Below, in pieces: positions 38,083-50,432 of a DNA stretch of 64,000 nucleotides (position 1 is the stretch's first letter; the number at the start of each line of letters is the position of its first letter). The notes below the pieces were generated by a model. The model did not search any database and had not been told where the DNA came from. It worked only from the letters and a program-made list of their open reading frames with translations. Position numbers and translations under genes: made by a program. Source of the stretch: Catajapyx aquilonaris (taxonomy: Eukaryota); NCBI GenBank assembly GCA_000934665.2, contig KZ537964.1, positions 1 through 64,000 of the forward strand, given 5' to 3'.

Positions 38083-41009
38083 AAATTGTCCATATCTGGC
38101 AGAAGCCCTATGCTTTGTAAGTATTAGGAATGTACAGTATGTGTCAGGGTGTCCTTCACCTTCCCTGGATGTGACGCTTCGGAATCAATCTATGAAAAAA
38201 TCGAACCGAAACTTCCTGCCAAGTTTTAGGGGGAAGGGATCAGGGGGATCCAAAAGAGCCTCTTTTCCCCTTCACACTTGCATAACTAATCGTGGCGACG
38301 TTGCAGGCTGGAAAATGCCAACATCGATACCCCCCGTTTCTGCATGGCTGCCTTAAAACCTCTGTTCTGTCCAACCAACCAGTCCTACACGTCCTTTAAC
38401 AAAGGTGAGCTCTCCTGTTGGCAGGGGAGGGGGAGAGAAAAAAATGGTGTATAACAAAACAAAACAAGACCTTCCAGGGGTTGTTATATGTGTTTTCTAC
38501 CCCCCTCCCCCCCTCCCTTCCAAAAAGCCCCATACTCTCAACAACAGACCTTCCCCCAGCTATTTCGTGATGGTGGGCGATTTACAACGCTGATTTATAG
38601 TCACTCGAAATGGATCTGTTGCATTGTCAAAGTGTCCGTGCGGAAAATAAAGTAACGTGTCACTCCGGACAGGTTTTTGTTTGTTGTTGCGGTACGTTGT
38701 ACGCATCATACCCCGCCTGGATAAATAATGGATTCTTTCATGCTCTTCTCATCGTTGGGAAAAATTATTACAAGGAGAGGTCGTTTATAGCATGGAGTTT
38801 CTGAAGCGTTCAACGTGGAGTTGGAAAATGTAGAATTACTTAATTTGTGACGGAGCTGGCATATCAGTGTTGCCAACTGTGACAGTGGGCACCTTATTTG
38901 GGAAGTTCATCAATTGTTTTCTCTGTATTACCTCAAATATAACAGGTTAAAATATAATATGATATTTATTTACAATAAGCTACATGGATAATGCTTAATC
39001 TGTTTGAGTTGTTAAATTTAATTTAATTTATTTAAATTATTATTTATCGACGTTTATTTATTTAGATCCGAGATGTGCCAGCCACCCTACAGGGAACACT
39101 TAATATAATAATAAGCTTAAAATTCATCAATTTGCTTGATTTTAGCATTTAATTTTAATGTAAAAGATTACATCAACTACATACATTATTTCACTTTAAC
39201 ACCTTTAATATTGATTTCAAGCAGGTAAAGGTTTCATTTATAGTTCGTAATGCAATAAGCTACATGTCATATAGTTCTAAATAAAGTAAAGTTGAGCACA
39301 TAGTCTAATAAGAACTGACTAAAAGGTCCAGCTGTCATTTGTTGGAATGTACCTCCACTTGTTTGGGAATGAATCAGGTCGCTAGTGACATGATCTATGT
39401 GAGAATGACCTCTGACCCGCTGAGCTCCCTTTAAGCTGCTGAAATCAGCTGTCACTCTGTGGACATCTGAGAGGCGTCTCGGCGCCACGACGAGACAACC
39501 ATAACAGTAGACTGAAACGGCACAGGCCTGTGTATACACAGTACCGTCATATGCCCGAGGTACACCCAAACGTACCTTTACCTGTAATTCCCGTAATTCC
39601 AAGACTGCCTGCGCCATCTGAATGCGCGTCATGTTTGTGTGTGAATCCAACAATATTTATTTGTTTCTTTACAATGTTACTTCCTTTCCAGCAGTGATAG
39701 AGCCATCATGCACCATAAGCCACCAAGATGGCGCATAACAGTGCAAAAGGTCCTTACATCCGCCGGGACACGCCCAATTATTCTCCTAAACAAATGGCCC
39801 TCTTACACTCACCCTTCTGTAAAATGACGTCCAACTTACGTCAGATCGGCCATACAGGTGCGGCATGTAACACCCGCTTAATGACGCGTCTCCTAATAGA
39901 TAACCACAATTTATATTCCGGTGTACACCCCCTGGGAGCTACTTGACGTGCGTCCATACGCACTCATGTGTGTCTTTATCACCCGGAGATCTCCTTTGGC
40001 TTAACCAACCAGCCTGGATGAAATATGGCTGCCAAACTGGTTGGGTTTCCTTTTCCTTAAAAAAAGTGCACAATTTTTTAACGACTCTGTGACCCGCGTC
40101 CAAGACGTTTCGTTCCATTTTTCTTAGCTGGCCCCAAGACGTGCGGGGCTTTTAATTTGCGCCTAATAGTCATCTGGCGACTATTAATTTCTGGAGAATG
40201 GATTTGTCATGGCAGACATGTAATCCTTGAAAGGATGGGAACGAATGGCAACGGGTGTATTCCCAGTATATAAAAAAAAAATCAAAGGTAAAAAACTGCC
40301 ATGAAAGTCAGTCGCCACCTGTATTCTTCTCACGTGACCAAAAACTGGACCTAAAAAGGTTGGTAGAATTTTTCATCTCCAAAGTGACACTAGTTTTTTG
40401 TCGTGTTCAATGAGCCATCTTTTTCTGGGTCAACAATCCGTCGGGACAGACGAGACAAGGAAATATGACGGACTATTTTTCAGGCAGCCTGTTGGCTAAT
40501 GCAGCCTGTTCATTTTTTAAAAGCCTTTTTGGTGCTGACATAGTTGGAACGTAACTGTCTTTCTCTGCACGTACTATGTGGGAAATAGAGCCAAACCATA
40601 TCCCTTGTTGTACTATAACATATGCAAAAAAAATGTGCAGATAACACTATGTAATTTCAGATCGTAAAACTACTGGGAAAAACACAATTAGTTTACGACT
40701 GTAAAATCCTTACCTTGAAAATAGGTGGAAAAAATTAGCTTCCAGCAGTCCCTAGCTATGTAATTGAGGATCGTTCAAAATGAGTGGGTTTCAAACCTCC
40801 AACTAAGCCACGAATAACCGATAATACACATGATCCGTGGCTACCAACATCGGAGCGAATCACAACATAAACGCCCTTTTGTTACATGAAGGGCCGGGAG
40901 AGCCTTTAATAGGTCGCTATCAGGAATTGTATCAAAGCACGATTCAAACATTGCCGCCTCCTAAAAAAAATAATTCAGGAGAAGGGGAGGGGGGGGGGGG
41001 GGCAAAACA

Positions 41010-41132
41010 NNNNNNNNNNNNNNNNNNNNNNNNNNNNNNNNNNNNNNNNNNNNNNNNNNNNNNNNNNNNNNNNNNNNNNNNNNNNNNNNNNNNNNNNNNN
41101 NNNNNNNNNNNNNNNNNNNNNNNNNNNNNNNN
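41010..41132. other. Assembly gap (N run) flanked by poly-G
   Basis: Run of N directly visible between G tracts. Confidence 0.99.
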
Positions 41133-44100
41133 GGGGGGGGGGAGTGTGTGGAAAGGGGATGAGAAAGTTGTTGTTGCAAGAAATTCTCAGACAATGAAAG
41201 GTTTTATGTAAGTCAATTACTCGTGTTTCAAGCAGCTGTCTGGAGCTATTTGCTGGTTGTTCATTTGAGCTGACTAGAAAGTTTGTGGTTCGCGAATATT
41301 GGCATGGTTTTTGCTTTATTTTTTGTACAGCATGTAAGTGGCGATGTGTGTAATTTTCGTACAAAATGGTGAGATAACTGCTACAATTTTTTGGTGCAAT
41401 AGTGTCTACCCGATTGTTAGGGATTTTTTAAAATATTTCTCATTATTTAAAATATATATTTACATTTTAAATCAGGGCTTCAATTTAGCCTGGATATGCC
41501 TGAATTATATTTGCTTAAATTTTTAAATATTTTCCTTTTTCTAACCAAGTTATCTAAAAACTGTATAGGACATCAGGTATATCTGGGTTAAGCTGACGTC
41601 AACAATTTAATACCTAAATTTCTATAACTAGTTGCCACCATAGCAACACTGTATGTTGCATCCTTGCCACCCATGAGTCCCTTTAAAAATAGTTCCCGTC
41701 CTTCATCAAGCCATGAAACCCACTTAAAACTAATTATAAATTGATGTCGCAGCCTAGAAGAGGTCAACTCTCTTAACCTCCCCCTCCCCCCCTTATGGCA
41801 TTCCTCCTTCATTTGACAACGGTCAAATGGAAACTCATTTGAACATGTAAGCCCCTGACAGAAGGAATTGACACTATCTTTCCCTCCCCGCTTTCCCCCT
41901 ACTCCCCTCTAGCTTTCAAAGGGTAGAAGTGAAATTGAAGCTCCTGCGCCCTTTCCTTGTCACTTGTCAATGGGCATAAAGTCCTAATTGACAGGCGGCG
42001 TTCTAATCGTCAGAGCGCACGTCAGGGCCATTTGTTTGCTTGCGAGGGTATAGAGATAGTCGGAAAAAGAAAATGGAAGGGGAGGAGGGGGAGGGGGGGT
42101 GAGAACAAAAACGAGAGAAAATTTTCACCTCGTGTTGCTTTTGGACAAGCGATCGTACGTCACGAGAATATAAGGGAGGGCTTAATAAATCATCTTAGTC
42201 ACAAATGAAAAGGAACCAAAGTTATAAATCACCCCTTGGAGGGACCTAAAAGTTTATTGTATTATAACCTTGGCTTGGTTGCTACCGTGTGTCATGTTTG
42301 ACCTTCACGTGTCATCGCAGCCTGCTCAAAAGATGGCCGCCGTCCCTAATGCGTTTTTAAGGCAAACAAATGAGCCGCCTGGTGAGAGCGTCTCGTGGGG
42401 TTTTTTTTTGCACCATTGTTGCCGGATGACCTTTGGTGAAGATATATAGTTTTAAATTATGTGGCAGGCAGCCATTGTGAACATGTCAAATAATTGCTCG
42501 TAGGTAAATTGAAATACCAAAAATAAATCATTTTTTAATTCCCTATATAAGTTATTGAAATTTTTCTGTTGCTCCAAACAATATTTAAATTATCCCCGCA
42601 TTTCTGCGCCTGCGCAATTGGATGAGGCAGCGTCTCTGGTGGCTGGGAGGATGAAATTAAAATGTTGAATATACGTGATAGTTTGAATATAGCTTCGCCA
42701 CAACAAAAACACCTTCCATTTCAGTCCAGACTTTCTTAATATTAATAGCAATGACGCATTGCATGATGTAATTGGAGGCATCAAACGATTCGCCCACCAT
42801 CAATCATAAAGAAACATATAATGCGGAGTATTCCATGTGTAAAACGCCATTCAGGTGAAGAAGCACGAAGAAAAGCCCTTGGAAACACCCTCCTTGTTCC
42901 ACCAGTCGGAAGCCTCCGTCAAAAGAAACAAAAGGGAGAACAAGACGAAGAGCGAAAAATGACCTCCCCCCTCTACCACAATTCGCATGTATAATTCATG
43001 AAGCACTTAGGTGATAATATGTCCGTCAAGTGTGTCGGATATGAAAGGCTACTGTGTGTTGGGGGCGCATATATGAAGGGGCAGCCCCTGTGGTGTCAGA
43101 TATCAGCCCAAAGGGACGGAAATCGGCACTCAAGAAAAAAAGGTTACCCATTCCAGGCACCTTATTTCCCACGATATATTAATGACAGGTATGTCTCGGT
43201 GTTCACCTGCATGCCTTCAGGTAGAGAAAGATCCGGTTAGGTTGCAGCTCCTGTCACTCTTTCTGTTGTGTAAGTGACAAGCTGATGTGTAATTGATTTT
43301 TAATTGGATTGTCCTTCGTTATCACATGCGTGTTTTTTTACGACTTTTAATAAGACGAACAGTTTGCTTGTAAATTTGACAGGTCAATGAAATGGGTGCA
43401 GTTATCGCGTTTATTAGTTTTGAAAGGTTGTTTGTTCCTAGTCAGAGTGACAAAATGACATGTTAATCGGAATGCATGGACAGATGCTGGGCGTTCTGAT
43501 GTGTCAGTTGACCTTTTCTCCAAACCGGAACGGGGAAAGGTCATACACAGTGTACTAGTTTGCGCAAATCCGGATTGTTACTCATATAAATTCCATGAAC
43601 TCACAAGTTACCCATAAACCTCACCAAATGTACTGGAAAAAAATTCATAATTACCGGTACTTCATTTAAAATTTTTAAAACACGTTTTCAATGATTATAA
43701 AAATTATTTCAAGATTATTCGCAGAATTAATCGAAAACCACTCAACAACGAATCAGCAATTATCAGCAAAATCAAAATAAAGATCTAAATGCAGGCCTAT
43801 TCAACAGAAAATTTAAAATAAATCATTCGCATAATTCACAATTTGTCAACAAACAAATTATCCTGAACTGCAATTCTGCACAATCAGGTAATAAAACCAT
43901 AGTAGGCTACCTAAAGTATTACAAATCCTCTGTAGCGATTTCACTTAATCCAAATAAGTAATAAATCCGGTATACTTAAGTTGTTACCCCACCCGTCTGG
44001 ATGTCCTCCTCATCAGGTCCAATAGACATCAAGTTTCCATTCCGTGGACTGGAAATTTGCCTTCTGGGGGGGCCTGTCAAGTGTCGCAGGTTGAAGTCTA

Positions 44101-44529
44101 TGGATTTACCCGAAGGACCCCCCCGCTATGGCAACAATAGGCTTCCAGCCGCCTCTTAGGGAACAGAAGAAAGCCATCAACTTTTGCATATTTAGAATAA
44201 CGACTTGGCGCCCAAAGTGTTTGTCCAAGCGGCCAGGCGTGCAGACGAACCTTTTATGATTCGGCCAAGAACCTCCATCTCCCCCCCTCTCAATTCTCCT
44301 TGGAAATTAGCGAGCCTTTGGTTTTCGCAAGAGGCCATTGCAGTTTTTTTCCCCCCTCCCCACACCCGCCCACACCCTCCATCCTCCCTACCCTACTAAC
44401 AGAGAGAGCATCTCTTCATTTGGTTTTCCCCAAAGTGAGCCCATCATGCCCACTTGTTTCAACTGCTGAGGACCTGAAAGCATCAGACTCTACTTTAGGC
44501 GACGACAGACGCTTCAACGCACTGGGTCC

Positions 44530-45400
44530 ATCGCCATCTATCCATAGCGATATTCAACTTAGGTTCACTCCAGCGCCATCTCTTGTCAAGTGCTACTTAT
44601 TAATACCTGCTCAGGAGTCTGTCATTATGTATGTAAATCCTGCAGCTAGATACTCAGATATATTAAAATATATTAAAATTTGGTCAGTGGACCAGAATAT
44701 ATGTGCTGCCGCCACCACCCAGCCAGGGAGCATATACTACATGTAGTATATGCTCCCTGACCCAGCGCCATCTCTTGTCGAGTGACGCGTATTAATATAT
44801 GATTGCACATTTTATATTTCCTCATGAGACTCTCGTCCTGTGGGTAAATCCTGTAGCTCTCACCCAAATATAGCTCAGTGGACGACTGGTCAGTTGCGAA
44901 CGGACGGAGTTGGCCTTACTGCCGTGCGGAAGGCGGCAGGGTGAGTGGCGGCTGGGGACACTGGCTGCGTCCGAAACAGCGAGTATACGGTGAGGCAGGC
45001 GGGCAGGAGAGCAGGCAGGCAGGTAGCAAGATGGCGGCAAGTGACGAGGAAATATGTAGGAATATATACTTGACACTTGACATGAGATGGCGCTGGGTAA
45101 GGCTGGGCTGCGGACTGTGCTTCGGACGCAGCCACTTCCCCCAGCCGCCAGTCGCCCTGTCGCCTCCCGCACGACACTAAGGACTACTCCTTCCTTTTTT
45201 AGGAAGGAGTAGATAGTAGGAGTAGAAGGAGTAGTAAAGTGTCAAGTATTATTTCCTACATATTTCCTCAGGAGACTATTATACTATGGGTAAATCTTGC
45301 AGCTTATTTGGTCAGTGAACTGGTCAAGTGGTCAGTGAACGTGCTGCCACCTACAAGTCTGGATGATCACATACCCAGAAGCGCCATCTCTTGTCAACCC
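44530..45400. repeat. Degenerate complex repeat (about 190-bp units, one inverted segment) carrying GCGCCATCTCTTG
   Basis: GCGCCATCTCTTGTC at 44573, 44765 and 45381, with an inverted variant at 45081-45093. GTAAATC.TG.AGCT and TGGTCAGT recur in each unit. 45047-45079 is an inverted copy of 45237-45269. A 12-bp hairpin lies at 45184-45212. Confidence 0.75.
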
Positions 45401-46625
45401 CTGCCTATTGAACGTATTGAACACATCTCATCCCCACATTTCTTATTTCCCGATCCGACTGGCGGAAATGACAGTCTGCGAGTGAACCGCCGCAGCTTAG
45501 ACTAGACATCCGTACACAAAAAAAACATTCCAGACTGAAAACTTGGCAGTGGAAGAGTATGGAAAAATGGAAGCCTCCGAAAAATGGCAGCCGCGTGATT
45601 ACCCCCACCCGAGAGGCAATCTCCCAGCTCAATAGGACCAGTCAGAACCAAGTCTTAAGTCGGGTCCTGGATAATCCTCTAATGGAGCTTCCTTTTTTTT
45701 GTAATAACGAAAAAAAATGGCGGTGGGTCCCGGATTGGTATAGAAGCGACGGCTAATATTTGCGATTGGCATAAAGGATCGGGCCACGTTTGATTCATGG
45801 CGCCAGACCACAGCCTGACAGCCCCTGCCAAGCCTCTTTTTGCCTCCTCACTTCAAAATCCGGCCCAATTTTCCATTCAGGGCCAGCTGCTCGGAAATTT
45901 TAATAAACTCGACCCCACGTCGACGCCATCTTTTTTTTTTTGTACATCCAGAGGTCCGATTACCAGAAGGGTCGTCGTGTTCATACAAGTTGGCCATTTT
46001 TTGATTGAAGGTTTTCCACAGGGATATTTTTGTACCCCAAGCATTGACATGCACACAAAAAGGGCTTGAATTTGTAGACCCGTCGCCACAACCTGACGAA
46101 ATATCGAAAATTTTCCTCCAACTGCAAAGTGACACGCCTAATAATTCCAACCTTCACTTGCAGAAAATGCCTAAGGTACAAACCCAGAGACAACCTTCTT
46201 CTTTGCTCAGAAAAATATTTTTCTTCTCCTAAGGCTTTTACCACCAAGATGGCCGCCAGTATCAGAAGCCTGAAATCAAAACCGCCCCTTGAGGGGGAGG
46301 GGGGCCTTACCTGTGCCTTTGAAGATATTATTACACGCACTTGAAGGCACCATGTCAAATGGTTTGGACAGCCTTGTAATTTTCATGATTACAAAGCGGT
46401 CGGAGGAAAGAAGATTAGCAGCCTGGAAATGAGGCTCTGCGAAATAAGCGGGGTTGTCTCAAGACACAACACCTCTTACGTGTTTTCAAGTTATTTTTTT
46501 GTTGTTTGTTAGGAAAAATGAGGAGAGGGCAGGTAGGCTAACTGCAGATATTTGTTAGCCTGTCGGCCAAATTCGAGTTTTAGCAGTTATACAGAAGAGA
46601 GTGCAATTATGGGCAGTAATCCGTT

Positions 46626-46790
46626 TATTCTCTCTGTCTTGATGTTTGCCCGACCTGTGTCCCGCACGATGGCAGGAGTGTGCAGTGGACGTGTGCGACA
46701 TCTATGCGCGAAGAATAATACTACGTGGTAAATCGTCCGCCAGTGCTGTACCATGACAAACATCCGCTGGAGAGAAATAGCATATTAGAA
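46626..46790. mobile_element. MITE, partial second copy of the family at 54960-55168
   Basis: Shares TATTCTCTCTGTC..ATGTTTG, TGGCAGGAGTGTGCAG, CATCTATGCG.GAAG.ATAATACTACG and GACAAACATCCG.TGG.GAGAAATAGCATATTAGAA with 54960-55168. Confidence 0.8.
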
Positions 46791-48549
46791 GAAAGATATT
46801 GCCAAATTTTGGTCCAAAGTTTACTGCCAAGTGGCGCAACCTTTGAACATTCATAACACGTCGCTAACGAGCAAACTAGTAGCAATCAGTCATGACAAAT
46901 CGCCATCAAATGCTTCCCGTGGCCATGACCTTTGACACTCTGCATGCCAATATTTCTTACCCCCAATCAGTACTATATAAAAAAATATTATAGTTCCAAA
47001 AAAAATAATCCAAGGTCTCCCCCCCACTTCCCCACCGCCTTCCCCCGGCCATACTCCGATTTCTGGCCCCAGCCACAATAATGGACAGTAATTACAGCTC
47101 ACGGTGATGAAGTGCTACACTGGATGAAAGTCCCTGTCACTCCCAAGCCAAATCCCTGTGGTTAACAGCCGGGGCAAAGAGAAGGCCTCATACTGGCAAC
47201 TTACATGCAACGCCTTGTGATTGACAGGCGGGCAAAGCGGCCCTGTTGCCAGATCTGCTCTATATACGATACTTCTCCGCGGCTGGGGCCTGAATTATAA
47301 ATGGCCGACGCCCACAGTTTTCCCAACCCCACTCCACGCCAGTCTTTTAGATCCAGACGCTACCTTTCAACTCCAGACTTACGATTAATTAAACGGAGCG
47401 TGAAAGTAGCAGTAGCATGGCAGCCCACAAAACCCAGATCTTGCCAAAAATTTAAAAGGTAGTGCGTAAAAAAAAACTAGCCTCTACCAAGGCTCCTGCA
47501 CCACTCACTAGCCTCCTGTCAGGTCCGTCACCGGCCTACCACGCCATCTCTTGTCAACTAATGCCAAGTTATGGCGCTAAGGCGAATTCTGGGTTGCATG
47601 GTTATTAAAATTTATAGCTGAAGGGTCAAATGGATCAAACGACACCGCATCATTCTATATGTCCTCCCTCGGTACATGAAAAGGATTTAGTGACGTCAGG
47701 GATGAAAAGAGGTCCCCCCCCCCCTACACCATAATTTTTAGGATTGGCCAGCTCCATGTTTTATTCATCCTCCAGGCCTGGTATAAGGGGGATGGGTGCA
47801 AGTGTCAATTCCTTGAAAAGAAGGCGGTCCCCTAAGTTCCCCTATTTCACGGGAGGGCATAATAACGCATCTCAATGCCCAAGCAGGGAGGCATCATGCA
47901 CATCATTCTTGTCTGGGGGTCTCCACGGGGGATAATAACTACTATTGTCCAAACAATGGAACGGATATGGCGCCGGGAGGGGTTCCTCTTACATGTGTTT
48001 CAATCATACGCCATGCTGTGGGTCTGGATTAAAAAAAATAACGTAACGTCAAATGTAATTCATATCATTGTAATAATTGACGTCATGTTTCACCAGAGCG
48101 CGTTACAATCCAGCCTGTTCCGAGCATGACCAGTTGCCTAGTACCCAGGATAGTACTATTTTTATTGCATCCAGGGCCTTACTTGTCCAATTAAGTTCGT
48201 GGTAATTGGGCGTGACGCCATGGGGATTTCTCTCTGGAAGTGATGGAAAGTGAACTAGGAAGAGGTCAGGCCGCGAAGGTTGACCGGCTTCATTTTGGGG
48301 GCCCAGGCCCGGATGGTCAATGACTTCATTTGGTCGGCTCCGGGTTATAATTTGAGGCAAAGCGGCGGCGGCCATTTGACACTCACAAATGCGAACTAAT
48401 GAGCACACCCATCGCAAGTCCCTCCGAAATCATACTACGCCCCTTCAATTACACCCCAAATTGCGGGTACATATATTTTTATAAAATATATTAATAAAAA
48501 AGGTGGCACTTCTTTTGAATAGAGTAGGTCTATTCCTAAGTTTATTTTC

Positions 48550-48740
48550 ATTAAAAAGCTCTAAAATTCAGTCTAAAATTCACTTTAGGAACCTAAAGTT
48601 TGGCGTTTCCAAAAAAAGCTCTAAAATTCAGTCAAATTTAAGAATACGCCGCATATTCTTAAATTTCACTGAATTTGAGAGCATTTTTTGGAAAGGCTCT
48701 AAAATTCAGTTTGACTGATCTCCCCCTAAAAATACAGTGT
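48550..48740. repeat. GCTCTAAAATTCAG direct and inverted repeats (possible MITE remnant)
   Basis: Motif near 48558, 48618 and 48696, with an inverted variant near 48669. Confidence 0.5.
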
Positions 48741-49685
48741 GTAAAACCCCACTTTGGTCCAATAAACCCATATCACTCCCCTCAAAAAGTGTCAAGCACC
48801 ATCAAAAAAAATGTCTTATCCACCCCTCAAAATTGTGTTTCCATCCCAAAATTTCAGCATTTCAACCCACGTCTTTCCCCTCCCTAGTCCTCCCCAAAAT
48901 TGATAAGCGTTAATGGGTGTTGTAAAGAGTATCTTAAGATCCTATCACCACAGGTTGGGGGCCCTGCATCGCATGAATATTGGCACCGGCGCATACCCTT
49001 CAACCGATACTTTGAATTCCTTGTCATCCCTGCAAAACATGCCATTAACTTTTACGGCCGATTGTTCTACCCCCCAGCTACTTGCTTTAAAAAAAGTGTA
49101 AGCTTTATTATTATTTTTTGCAAATGGGTACGTTGCAATTTCGTAGAGGCAAAAACAGCCGAATAATTCATCAGGGGCAGGCGACAGCTCGTTGAAAACG
49201 ACCGCTAACGTCAATACGCGTTCGCCGTCGTCATTTCAATGCACGACAACCTTCGGGCTGTCATTTCTTTGATTGCCATCGATTGCTGTTGTGTTGTCAC
49301 AGCGTGTTGATTTAAGCGGGACCTGACGGGTTATGAATCCGTTATTCACTTGTTCCGCTCACATGACTTCACAACAACATTTTCTTTTTATTATTGTTGT
49401 TTCGCACTGGCGATATACCGTCATGCACCGCTTTGACTAGAAACGGACACAATGTGTATCAATCATTGGACCAACATATCTGGGGCAAGTGATGTCACAT
49501 ATCAACTTGGGATTGCATTGACATAATGGTCGCAATGATCCGGATCATACATTTTATGCATCACAGTTCGTTCACTGTGCACGGTTGGTATTATCAATGA
49601 TAGTTCCAACGCTGAACTTATTTCCAACGCTGAACTTATTTCCAACGCTACTTATAGGAGGCGCAAAATTCGAGAGGCTCCAGGG

Positions 49686-49895
49686 CAGGGGTTCCCAACC
49701 TTTTTCGGGTCGCGACCCCCTTTTATTATAGTCAAGTCACCTGCGACCCCGCAGTGTTAGCAGGTGTTAAAAAAAACATTCGTGGTGAAATTTCCAATCA
49801 TATTTATTTTCTTTATTTAAAAAAATTATTTATTAATTAATTTAAAAAATAACCACGAGCACCCGCGACCCACCGGAAAAGGCTTCGCGACCCCC
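49686..49895 (+). mobile_element. Truncated hAT (Charlie-like) non-autonomous element, left end
   Basis: Starts CAGGGGTTCCCAACC, with repeated GCGACCC subterminal motifs. No matching right TIR seen. Confidence 0.6.
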
Positions 49896-49906
49896 AGGCT
49901 CTAGCT

Positions 49907-50185
49907 AGGGAGAGAGTCCCCAACTTCTGACGTCACGTAGTCTCTAATTGGCTGGAGTACGGTTCCAATGGGGGCCGCCATCTTGCGTTATGAAAATAGT
50001 GGCCGGCTCTGACGTCACGGTCGACTCCGATTGGCTGGGCCCAGAAGGTCTGCTCCAGTCAATCGACCGTGACGTCAGAGTCGGCCACTATTTCCATACA
50101 GCAATACAAGATGGCGGCCCCCATTGGAACCGTACTCCAGCCAATCAGAGACGACGTGATGTCAAAAGTTGGCGACTCTCTCCCT
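49907..50185. mobile_element. Foldback element (about 280 bp, almost fully palindromic)
   Basis: AGGGAGAGAGTC...ATTGGCTGGAGTACGGTTCCAATGGGGGCCGCCATCTTG...TCTGACGTCACGGTCGA is mirrored by 50063-50185. Confidence 0.88.
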
Positions 50186-50189
50186 CGAG

Positions 50190-50432
50190 TAGGGCTGTGC
50201 GATATCCGAAATTGCATATCGACTTTCGATACTCAAAAAATATCGAATCGAAGACGATATATCGAAAATCGAAAAACCGGCATCGAAAACCGACATCGAA
50301 AAAAATCGAAAACAGACATCGAAAAATCGCGATATTCGATACATCGCACCTGCCACGGGTCGGATATCTCAACTTCGATATTAGGAAAATATCGTATCGA
50401 CAGTCGATGTATCGAAATATCGCACAGCCCTA
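50190..50432. mobile_element. hAT-type MITE, 243 bp, intact
   Basis: Perfect 16-bp TIR TAGGGCTGTGCGATAT / ATATCGCACAGCCCTA. Perfect 8-bp TSD CCCTCGAG (50182-50189 and 50433-50440). Interior is packed with ATCGA repeats. Confidence 0.93.

Noticed and set aside
45184..45212. Rho-independent terminator-like hairpin
   Set aside because: Eukaryotic non-coding context; the T run is in the loop rather than after the stem; better explained as part of the local inversion.
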